From Kofleriaceae bacterium (GTDB lineage: Bacteria > Myxococcota_A > Polyangia > Haliangiales > Haliangiaceae): DNA of 18,676 nucleotides. A program made the translations under genes and the position numbers. The notes beneath the pieces were generated by a model. It had not been told where the DNA came from, did not search any database, and saw only the letters and a list, made by a program, of their open reading frames with translations. Shown in pieces: positions 1-13,176 of the stretch (positions are counted from its first letter, which is position 1; each line of letters starts with the position of its first letter). Location of the stretch: contig JBKJLC010000126.1 in assembly GCA_046597055.1 (NCBI GenBank), forward strand, positions 1-18,676, read 5' to 3'.

Positions 1-146
1 GCAATGGCACCGGCGTGCGTCACGCCCGGGGACCCCGGATCGAGCAAGCGCCGGGACCTCGGCTTCGCCGACGGCGAGGCCGGCCGCGCGTGCCCCAGCG
101 TCGCCACGGGTCGAAGCAAAAGCGCGTTCGAACCAAAGCGAAAGAA

Positions 147-357
147 GTGATCAATCCTGAGCTCTGCCCTCTGCCCTTCGACACGGCGCCTGCGGCGCCG
201 GCTCAGGGCCACCGGGAAGGTGAGCACTTCCGATCACATGAAGACTCGTGATCAATCCCGCGCTCTGCCTTCAGGATCCCGCACATCTCCCCCGGTGTCC
301 CTGCGCGAAGGGCTCGTTGCGAGCCCGAAGTCGAAGGCCCGGCCGCCAGAGCTCAGG
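147..357. repeat. REP/REPIN-like doublet forming a ~200-bp imperfect palindrome (module A then module B)
   Basis: Nested inverted pairs: CCTGAGCTCTG 156-166 / CAGAGCTCAGG 347-357; CCTTCGAC 175-182 / GTCGAAGG 330-337; CAGGGCCACCGGG 204-216 / CCCGGTGTCCCTG 291-303 (1 mismatch); GATCAC 232-237 / GTGATC 248-253. Internal hairpins at 184-200 and 310-326. Segment 169-238 recurs at 18573-18643. Confidence 0.85.
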
Positions 358-362
358 GGCGG

Positions 363-1829
363 CTAGCTCTCGAGCAGGCGGATCTGCGCGGGGAACGCGG
401 CGGGCGAGTAGGGCGAGGTGCCGAGCAGGACGCGGGCGGCGAGCTGGACGCCCTCGGTGATCGCCGGGTGCGGGTGCAGGCACTGATCGAGGTCGGCCAG
501 GGTGCCGCGGCGCTCGATCAGGAGGGCGACGCCCTGGATGCAGCTCGAGGCCTGGGGCGCGACCACGCGCAGGCCGAGCACGCGGTGGTCGGGGTCGGCC
601 AGGAGCTTGATGAAGCCGTCGGTGGCGCGCATGGCGATCGCGCGGCGCAAGATCGACAGGTGGACGACCGCGGCCCGGTGGCGCACGCCGCGGCTGGCGG
701 CGGTCTGCTGGTTGATGCCGATCGTGGCGACCTCGGGCCGGAAGAAGAAGATCGCCGACTGCGCGTCGTAGCAGATCGGCCGCGGCTCCAGCCCGAACAT
801 GTGCTCGACCGCGTGGCGGCCCTCCTGCTCGGCGACGTTGGCGAGCATGACGTCGGCGGTGACGTCGCCGGCCGCCCACACGTGGGGCGCGGTGGTGCGG
901 CAGTGGCCGGCGACCGCGCACTTGATCGCGCCCTTGTCGACGACGACCCCGGCGTGCTCGAGGCCGAGGCCGTCGAGCGCCGGGGCCCGGCCGACCGCGA
1001 GCAGGGCGCGATCGACGTGGCGCTCGAGGATCTGCTCGCCGCCGGGCCCGGCGATCCGGGCGACCAGCTGGACGCCGCCGTCCTTCACCCGGACCTCCTC
1101 GAGGTGCGCGCCGTGATGGATCTGCACGCCGGTGCGACCGAGGCCGGCCTCGACCTCGGCCGCGAGGTCGGCGTCCTCGAAGCTGAGGATGCGCGCGCCG
1201 CGGTCGTAGACCTCGACCGCGGTGCGGCCGAACGCGCCGAAGATGGTCGCGTACTCGCAGCCGACCACGCCGGCGCCGATCACCGCCAGCCGCGCCGGCA
1301 GGTCGGCCGCGCGCTCGATGTGATCGCTGGTGACGATGCGATCGCCGTCGATGTCGACGCCGGGCAGGCCGCGGGGCCGCGATCCGACCGCGATCAGGAA
1401 GTGATCGGCGACGATCCGGCGCGGCGGGTCGCCGTCGACCTCGACCACGTCGCGCGCGACGAAGCGACCGCGGCCGGTGATCCGCTCGACGTGGCCGCCG
1501 CTCGCCGAGGGCGCGGCCAGCGCGGCCAGCAACCGCTCGACCTGGCCCCAGGCCTCGGCACAGGCGGCGCGGACCTGGGCGATCACCTCGGGCCACGCCA
1601 GCGTCAGCGCCCCGCCGTGCCAGCCGCGGTCGGTGCGCCGGGCCCGCGCGAAGTCCATCGCCAGGTGCCACAGCGTCTTCGACGACAGCGCGCCGTCGAC
1701 GATGCCGACCCCGCCCGCCGAGCCTGATTCGATCAACGCGACCGACTTACCCAGCGCATGGGCGCGAGCGGCGGCCGCGAGGCCGGCGGGGCCAGCACCA
1801 AGAATGCACAGGTGGTAGCGCGGCTGCAT
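363..1829 (-). CDS. NAD(P)/FAD-dependent oxidoreductase, class-I pyridine nucleotide-disulfide oxidoreductase family (dihydrolipoyl dehydrogenase/SthA-like), lacking the redox-active cysteines
   Basis: C-terminal part of ORF 363..4463: FAD motif LGAGPAG, IAVGSRP, NAD(P) motif IGAGVVGCEYA, WAAGDV, dimerisation domain ending HPHPAITEG. Start at ATG 1829 (MQPRY); alternative in-frame ATG at 1841. Confidence 0.92.
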   Translation of the reverse strand: MQPRYHLCILGAGPAGLAAAARAHALGKSVALIESGSAGGVGIVDGALSSKTLWHLAMDFARARRTDRGWHGGALTLAWPEVIAQVRAACAEAWGQVERLLAALAAPSASGGHVERITGRGRFVARDVVEVDGDPPRRIVADHFLIAVGSRPRGLPGVDIDGDRIVTSDHIERAADLPARLAVIGAGVVGCEYATIFGAFGRTAVEVYDRGARILSFEDADLAAEVEAGLGRTGVQIHHGAHLEEVRVKDGGVQLVARIAGPGGEQILERHVDRALLAVGRAPALDGLGLEHAGVVVDKGAIKCAVAGHCRTTAPHVWAAGDVTADVMLANVAEQEGRHAVEHMFGLEPRPICYDAQSAIFFFRPEVATIGINQQTAASRGVRHRAAVVHLSILRRAIAMRATDGFIKLLADPDHRVLGLRVVAPQASSCIQGVALLIERRGTLADLDQCLHPHPAITEGVQLAARVLLGTSPYSPAAFPAQIRLLES

Positions 1830-1839
1830 GGTGGGCGCC

Positions 1840-1845
1840 ATCGTA
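1840..1845 (-). promoter_or_regulatory. Candidate sigma70-type -10 box (TACGAT) for the oxidoreductase
   Basis: Minus-strand TACGAT lies 10 nt before ATG 1829, with no Shine-Dalgarno in between. Confidence 0.4.
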
Positions 1846-1935
1846 GGCGCGATCCTGGCGCGCTGCGTCGTCGAAGCTCGGCGTTCGCCCCACCCCTCGA
1901 GCCCAGGTGACCGCCGGCCGGGATCCTCCCGATGA

Positions 1936-1964
1936 TTGACCGCTTCCGGTGCGCCTCGTACCCT
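1936..1964 (+). promoter_or_regulatory. Sigma70-type promoter TTGACC-N17-TACCCT
   Basis: TTGACC 1936-1941, exactly 17-nt spacer, TACCCT 1959-1964, ATG 9 nt downstream at 1974. Confidence 0.6.
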
Positions 1965-1973
1965 CCGCCCATC

Positions 1974-3515
1974 ATGCCCCCTGCGGGGACCGTCGACGGA
2001 TCGAACGCGCGTGATGGATCGCCGGGCACCATCTCGGCCTCCTGGGCGGGACTGCACCGGCTGCGCGGCAGTTTCGGGGCCCGGCGCACGCGCGTCGACG
2101 AGCGCGCGCTGTTCGACCTCGCCCGCGGCCTGGGCGCGACCGCGGTGCCGCTGTGCCTGCGCGAGCTCGGCGGCCCCGCCGACCGGCGGCTGTGGGCGGT
2201 CGAGCTGCTGCGGGTCATCGCCGAGGTCGCCGGCGATCGGGTCCGCGCCGGCCTGCGCGCGGTCACCGACCAGCCCGCGGTCGGGGCCCCGGCCGCGGCC
2301 GCGGGCGCGATCAACGACGACGCCAAGCTGATCGTGCTCGCGCTGCTCGCCGAGCTGGGCGACGACACCGCGACCGCGCGGTTCGCCGATCCGGCGCGGA
2401 TGCACCGCCAGTCGCTCGCGCGGTTCGCGACCCAGCTCGACACGCCGGCCGACGTGGCCAGCGCCGCTGACCTGCTGATCGAGCGGTTGTCGCCGGGCGA
2501 GATCCTCGAGTTCGTCGAGGCGTTCTCCGAGGCCAGCGCCGACGGCGCGCGCCGGCTGTCCGCCGAGCTGTGCGCCCGGGTCGATCTCGACGTCGCCGCG
2601 CGCGGCGAGCTGGCGCGGCTGACCTCGCCGCTGCACCTGTCCCGCGCGCCGAGCCGGACCGGTCCGCCCGAGCGGGCGCCGCGTCGTCCGCTGGCCCGCC
2701 CGGCGCTGCTGGTCGGGATGCGCCACGCCGACGGCCGCACCGTGGTGGCGATCGTGCGCCGGGCGCCGCGGGCCGCGGGCGAGCCGCCGGCCGGCTGGCG
2801 GGCGCTGTGCGTGCTGTGCGATCCGACCGGCACGATCACCAGCGTGCTCTACCGCGACGACGCCGGCCTGCGCACCGTGCGCGACGAGGTGCTGGCCCCG
2901 CTCGAGGCCGATGGCTACCAGCGGTTCGCGATGTCCGCCGCGGCCGCCCGCCGGCTGGTCGGCGCCGCGGCTCGCCGCTCGGTCTCGCTCGGCCGCGCGC
3001 TGCCGTCGGCGTACTACCTGGGACGCGATCTGCTCGGCCTCGACGACGCCCACGTGGTCGGCGCGCGCGCCACCGGTCCCGCCGCGCTGCTCGGTCGCGC
3101 GGTGGATCTGCTCGCCGCCGGTGACAGCGCGCGGGCCCGGCCGCTGCTCGAGCACGTGGTCGCGATGTCGCCCGACGACGCCGAGGCCGCGTCGAGCCTC
3201 GGGCTGTGCTTGCTCGCGCAGGGCGACGTGGCCGCCGCGCTGGCCCAACTCGAGCGGGCGGCCTGGCTGGAGCCGGCCTGGCCGCTCCACCACTGGAACG
3301 TCGCGGCCGCGGCCCACCGCGCCGGCGAGCTCGCGCGCTGCGCCCGCGCGCTGCGCGACTTCCTCGTGCGCGCCGACGATCCGGTCGCGACCTCGGTCGA
3401 TCCCGGACACGCGCGCCGGGTCACGCTCGCCCGCCGGTTCGTCGCTGATCACGCGCGCCTGGTCGGGACCGACCGCGCGCCCGGCGATCACGACGGCGGC
3501 GGGTTGAGCTCGTAG
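1974..3515 (+). CDS. Tetratricopeptide repeat protein with uncharacterised N-terminal helical and central alpha/beta regions
   Basis: ORF 1932..3515 has protein-like composition and C-terminal TPR-like repeats (ARPLLEHVVAMSPDDAEAASSLGLCLLAQGDVAAALAQLERAAWLEP). Start moved to ATG 1974 because the promoter overlaps the annotated start at 1932. Confidence 0.8.
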   Translation: MPPAGTVDGSNARDGSPGTISASWAGLHRLRGSFGARRTRVDERALFDLARGLGATAVPLCLRELGGPADRRLWAVELLRVIAEVAGDRVRAGLRAVTDQPAVGAPAAAAGAINDDAKLIVLALLAELGDDTATARFADPARMHRQSLARFATQLDTPADVASAADLLIERLSPGEILEFVEAFSEASADGARRLSAELCARVDLDVAARGELARLTSPLHLSRAPSRTGPPERAPRRPLARPALLVGMRHADGRTVVAIVRRAPRAAGEPPAGWRALCVLCDPTGTITSVLYRDDAGLRTVRDEVLAPLEADGYQRFAMSAAAARRLVGAAARRSVSLGRALPSAYYLGRDLLGLDDAHVVGARATGPAALLGRAVDLLAAGDSARARPLLEHVVAMSPDDAEAASSLGLCLLAQGDVAAALAQLERAAWLEPAWPLHHWNVAAAAHRAGELARCARALRDFLVRADDPVATSVDPGHARRVTLARRFVADHARLVGTDRAPGDHDGGGLSS

Positions 3516-5122
3516 ACCGACTTGACCCGCGCCACGCCCGGGCGCGGCCGGCTGGGCAGGCGCCACGCGCGCGCCCGACCTTCGACACAGCGGCCGACCG
3601 CGGCGAGCCCGCTGTCGCCGGCGGCGGGCTCGGTGGTCGCGCCGCTCACCATGCCGCCCTGGTCGATCTCGAGCGTGAGGGCGAGCGTGCCGCCGACCGT
3701 GCGGTCGCCCTGCAGCACCTCGTCGTAGCAGGCGGCGACCTCCTGCAGCCGCACCGACAGCGGCGCGAGCAGGCCGTCGGCGTACTGCGCGCCGCTCTCG
3801 GGCACGGTGGTGGCCGCGAAGTCGCTGGCGTACCTGGTCACCTCGGCGGCGTCGGCGCGCTCGGGCAGGGTGGCGAACAGCGCGTAGAGCGTCTTGGCGG
3901 CATCGCGGTACGACGGGTCGCCGGTGGTCGCGAACACCGTGTGCAGCTCGACCGCGCGGGTCTTCAGCAGATCGCCGAACGCGGTGCGGTCCGCGACCGG
4001 GCAGGCGGTGCAGGCATCGAGCGCCGCCTTCGCGATCGCCCACGCGTCGCCGACCCGCTCGAGCGCGCCGGCGCGCCGCGCGTATTCGGCCTGCTCCAGT
4101 CGGTACACCACCACGTCGGCGGGCTGGGCGGCCGCGCCGATCACCCCGAGCGCGAGCTCGATCGTGGCGACCGCCAGCTCGGGCCGGCCGGCAAACCCGT
4201 ACGACTGGCTGAGCTTGTAGACGAGGTCGTAGTGGAGGTTCCTGACGGCGACCGTCCGCGGCTCGCCCTTGAGCTTGGCCGGCGCCCAGTCGAGCGCGCT
4301 GATCGTGGTCATCGCCTCGGCCGGTAGGGTCCCCGCGCGCGCGGTGATGATGAGGAAGTCGCGCATGACCGGCTTGCGAAAGGTCTCGCTGCGCCAGCCC
4401 TTGATCGCCGCGGCGATCGCAGCCGACGCGCCGGGGAGCGCGCGGGCGCGGAACCGGCTCCACGCGATCACGTAGGCGAGCTCGGGCGCCTCGACCGTCG
4501 GCTCGAGCCCGGCGAGCAGGGCCGCCGCAGCCGCATCGTCACCGCCGACCATCAGCTGGAAGGCGCGCTGGGCACGCACGATCGACGCGATCGGCGCGCT
4601 GGCGAACCGCGCGAGCAGCTCGTCGAGGTAGGGCGTGGCGGCAGCGTGATCGTTGACGGCGAGCGCCAGGGCGGCCGCCAGCTCGAGGGTGCTGGCGTCG
4701 AGCTGGCCGGCGGCGGTGGCATGCACGGCGGCCAGCGCGGCCCGCGCCTCGGCGATCATCGCGGGCCGATCGGCGGGGCGCGCCCGCAGGCCGGCCTCCC
4801 ACAAGAGCGAGGCCAAGAGCTGCGCCTCGGTCGCCCGCGCCGCGAGCGTCGCGCGGCTGCTCTTGTTGACCTTCTTCCAGGTCGCGCGCTGCTGGTCGAC
4901 GGTCACCCGCCGGGTCGGCCGCACCAGCGGCAGGCTCATCGGCGGCAGCCCCTCGGGCCGGAACAGCGTGCCGGTCAGCGGCACCTTCTGGATCTCGGCC
5001 GCGAGGTCCTCGGTCGTGGGCTTGACCTCGGCCGGGGGCGTGGGCGGCGGGGGAGCGGGCTTCGGACCACACGCCACTGCGAACGGGGCGATCACGAAGG
5101 ACAGGCGAGTGAGGTACGACAC
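3488..5122 (-). CDS. Putative lipoprotein with helical/TPR-like repeats and a C-terminal AgmX/PglI (TonB C-terminal-like) domain
   Basis: GTG 5122 is preceded by AGGAG (5-nt spacer). Signal peptide MSYLTRLSFVIAPFAVA-C, then a Pro-rich linker. C-terminus EVAACYDEVLQGDRTVGGTLALTLEIDQGGMVS...GRCVEGRARAWRLP matches the AgmX/PglI C-terminal pattern. Confidence 0.8.
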   Translation of the reverse strand: MSYLTRLSFVIAPFAVACGPKPAPPPPTPPAEVKPTTEDLAAEIQKVPLTGTLFRPEGLPPMSLPLVRPTRRVTVDQQRATWKKVNKSSRATLAARATEAQLLASLLWEAGLRARPADRPAMIAEARAALAAVHATAAGQLDASTLELAAALALAVNDHAAATPYLDELLARFASAPIASIVRAQRAFQLMVGGDDAAAAALLAGLEPTVEAPELAYVIAWSRFRARALPGASAAIAAAIKGWRSETFRKPVMRDFLIITARAGTLPAEAMTTISALDWAPAKLKGEPRTVAVRNLHYDLVYKLSQSYGFAGRPELAVATIELALGVIGAAAQPADVVVYRLEQAEYARRAGALERVGDAWAIAKAALDACTACPVADRTAFGDLLKTRAVELHTVFATTGDPSYRDAAKTLYALFATLPERADAAEVTRYASDFAATTVPESGAQYADGLLAPLSVRLQEVAACYDEVLQGDRTVGGTLALTLEIDQGGMVSGATTEPAAGDSGLAAVGRCVEGRARAWRLPSRPRPGVARVKSVYELNPPPS

Positions 5123-5259
5123 AGCAGCTCCTGGCGCGGGGGACCGTCGACGATGCGGCCTGGATATCACGGGGGTCATGGGCGGGGGGACCGGCGGTGG
5201 ATCACGACGGCTGGCACGCGGCTGGGGCCGGCGTTGCGCGTCGACGATACGAGGACGGG

Positions 5260-5268
5260 TGATAGAAT
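5260..5268 (+). promoter_or_regulatory. Extended -10 promoter (TG-a-TAGAAT) of the DUF4266 operon
   Basis: TGATAGAAT 5260-5268, 7 nt before GTG 5276; weak -35 TCGACG at 5241-5246. Confidence 0.55.
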
Positions 5269-5275
5269 ACCGCCC

Positions 5276-5491
5276 GTGTTTCGCCTCGGTGTCGTAATGG
5301 TGGCAACTCTCTCCCTGATGCTGTCGGCCTGCGCGGTGGTGCGCCCGCATGAACGGCAGAACCTGGCGCGCAAGTCGATGACGGCCGATCGCTCGCCGGG
5401 TGAAGTCCGCTTCAAGCAGCACATGTACGGGGCGCGCGAGGGCGCGGAGGGCGGCACCGGCGAGCCCGGCGGCGGATGCGGCTGCAACTGA
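5276..5491 (+). CDS. DUF4266 domain-containing small lipoprotein
   Basis: MFRLGVVMVATLSLMLSA-C lipobox, VRPHERQNLA, and the characteristic C-terminus REGAEGGTGEPGGGCGCN. Alternative start ATG 5297. Confidence 0.88.
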   Translation: MFRLGVVMVATLSLMLSACAVVRPHERQNLARKSMTADRSPGEVRFKQHMYGAREGAEGGTGEPGGGCGCN

Positions 5492-6555
5492 AGCGGGTGC
5501 TCGCGGTCGCGGGGGTGGTCGCGCTGGTGAGCGCGGCCGACCTGGCCCACGCCGACGGCAGCCTCGAGGTGCGGGGCATCTACTACAAGGAGCGGGCGAC
5601 CCGGGTGGTGCCGCCGATGCTCGACGCGACCCTCGATGTCGGCGAGAACGGCGTGGCCGACGCCCACCTGCTGACCGACGCGATCACGTCGGCCTCGATC
5701 GCGGCCGGGACGATGCTCGACGAGAAGCGCTACGAGGCCGGCGGCGGCTACCGCCACCAGGTCGGCGTCGTCCAGCTCGGCGGCCAGGCCCGGTACTCGA
5801 CCGAGCCCGACTACCGGTCGGTGTACGCTGGCCTGCGGGTCGGGGCCGAGCTGGCCGACCGCAACTTCACGATCACCGCCGCCGGGGGCCTCGGCCTCGA
5901 CGAGCTCGACAACGCCGGCGAGGGGCCGACCGCGCCGCGCCGGACCGGCGGGCTCGCCACCTACCTCGGGTCGCTCTCGCTGTCGCAGATCTTGTCACCC
6001 AACGCGATCGCCTCGCTCACCTACGACGTGCTCCACCTCGACGGCTTCCAGGCCAACATCTACCGGCGCGTGATCGCCGGGGGCGAGGTGCGCCCGGAGC
6101 TTCACCCCGAGCAGCGCACCCGCCACGCGCTGGCCGGCACGCTGAAGTGGTTCCTGCCGCGCACCGCGACCACCGCGATCGGGACCTACCGATTCTACCG
6201 CGACGACTGGGGCATCCAGGCGCACACGCCCGAGCTCCGCCTGCTCCAGGACGTCGGCAGCAGCGACGTGGTGTTCGGCGCCAGCTACCGGTTTCACGTG
6301 CAGACCGCGGCCGACTTCTATCAATCGATCTACCCGATGTCGACCAACATCTACGTGACCGATGATCCCAAACTTTCGTCGTTCCGGTCACACACGGTCG
6401 GGATGCGCTTCGAGGTCGCCGCCGCCGCGCTAGGCTTCGAGGGTCGGCTCGGCGATCTGCGCGGCGAGCTGCTCATCGAGTACTTCGCGCAGGACAACCG
6501 CTTCGGCAATGCCGGGATCGTTCATGCCGCACTCACCTATCCCCTCGAGTTCTGA
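5476..6555 (+). CDS. DUF3570 domain-containing outer-membrane beta-barrel protein
   Basis: Overlaps the DUF4266 gene by 16 nt (MRLQL start). Signal peptide, motifs DAITSAS, YSTEPDY, YRFYRDDWGIQAHT, DPKLSSF, and a C-terminal Phe (LTYPLEF). Confidence 0.88.
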   Translation: MRLQLKRVLAVAGVVALVSAADLAHADGSLEVRGIYYKERATRVVPPMLDATLDVGENGVADAHLLTDAITSASIAAGTMLDEKRYEAGGGYRHQVGVVQLGGQARYSTEPDYRSVYAGLRVGAELADRNFTITAAGGLGLDELDNAGEGPTAPRRTGGLATYLGSLSLSQILSPNAIASLTYDVLHLDGFQANIYRRVIAGGEVRPELHPEQRTRHALAGTLKWFLPRTATTAIGTYRFYRDDWGIQAHTPELRLLQDVGSSDVVFGASYRFHVQTAADFYQSIYPMSTNIYVTDDPKLSSFRSHTVGMRFEVAAAALGFEGRLGDLRGELLIEYFAQDNRFGNAGIVHAALTYPLEF

Positions 6556-7132
6556 TCGCCGCCTGGCTACCCTGCTGGGGCTCGCTCTCGCCGCGACCGC
6601 GGCCGGCTGCTCCGACGACGCCGCGTGTGGCCCCGGCGACGCACCCACGGCTGGCGTGACGTTGACGGTCGCCGGCGAGACCATCACCTACGGCGGGTTC
6701 GTCGCCTCGATGAACAACGACTGCACGATCGCCGGCAGCGGCGTGATCAGCGTGACGATCCACGGCAGCCAGAGCGACGCCACCCAGGCGCTGACGCTGT
6801 GTCTGCCTCGGCCCGACCTGCTGACGGCGACGCCGGTGGACTTGGTGCGGGACCCGACCCCACCGCTGGCCGACGATCGCGCGCAGGTGGTCGACGTCAG
6901 CGCCAACCTGGCCGGGGGCTGCACCGTGGCGAAGGATCCGGCCGGCACGCCGACCGGGACCGCCACCTTCGTCGGCTACTGCGCGGACGGCTACGACCCT
7001 GCCGGCTACGCGATCGCGTTCGCCGGCGAGGTGCCGCTGGTCCGCACCTGCGGGGCGATTGAAGCCCAGGTGACCGGCACGCTCGGTGGCCGGGTGTCCG
7101 TCATCCCGCCGCCGCCGCCGACGCCGCGGTAG
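6524..7132 (+). CDS. Hypothetical Cys-rich, beta-rich lipoprotein
   Basis: RRLATLLGLALAATAAG-C lipobox and six further Cys. Overlaps the DUF3570 gene end by 32 nt. Start 6524 or 6509. Confidence 0.72.
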   Translation: MPHSPIPSSSDRRLATLLGLALAATAAGCSDDAACGPGDAPTAGVTLTVAGETITYGGFVASMNNDCTIAGSGVISVTIHGSQSDATQALTLCLPRPDLLTATPVDLVRDPTPPLADDRAQVVDVSANLAGGCTVAKDPAGTPTGTATFVGYCADGYDPAGYAIAFAGEVPLVRTCGAIEAQVTGTLGGRVSVIPPPPPTPR

Positions 7133-7139
7133 TGCCCCG

Positions 7140-10556
<3,417 letters not shown>

Positions 10557-10678
10557 GGTGTCTCGCCGGCCTGCGAGTTCAACCGAACCCGGATGACCGT
10601 CATTCCCAAGGATGCCACGCCGGCGGGGTCGGTTGACATCTCCTGTTACGAAGTGCCTCCGCGGTCTGCCGACCGCAC

Positions 10679-12982
<2,304 letters not shown>

Positions 12983-13161
12983 GCGCGATCACGGTTAACA
13001 GTCGGGGATCGGCGAGTCCACATTTCGGCCGGTCGGCGACACTGATCAAATGGATCGTGGTGATCCGGAACGCGTTCGGCGCCGCGCCGGCGTTGCGTTT
13101 TTGTCGGATCCGGCGGGGGCGCACGCGGGGGCGCTAGACCGCGGTCCCGACCCGGGCCGAC

Positions 13162-13170
13162 TGGTACACT
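13162..13170 (+). promoter_or_regulatory. Extended -10 promoter (TG-g-TACACT)
   Basis: TGGTACACT 13162-13170, 6 nt before GTG 13177, no Shine-Dalgarno. Confidence 0.55.
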
Positions 13171-13176
13171 GGCGGT

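Noticed and set aside
15..460. Short ORFs 15..251 and 248..460
   Set aside because: They run through the palindromic repeat and have no protein-like features.
1842..4463. N-terminal ~870 aa of the 1366-aa ORF 363..4463
   Set aside because: Arg/Gly/Ala-rich shadow translation that overlaps the real TPR and AgmX-like genes; not a fusion.
10633..10638. Perfect TTGACA on the plus strand
   Set aside because: No -10 at a 16-18 nt spacing and no gene in that orientation.
13068..13077. GAACGCGTTC palindrome upstream of SNF2 as a LexA box
   Set aside because: Spacer is 2 nt rather than the GAAC-N4-GTTC pattern, and the flanks do not fit the myxobacterial LexA consensus.
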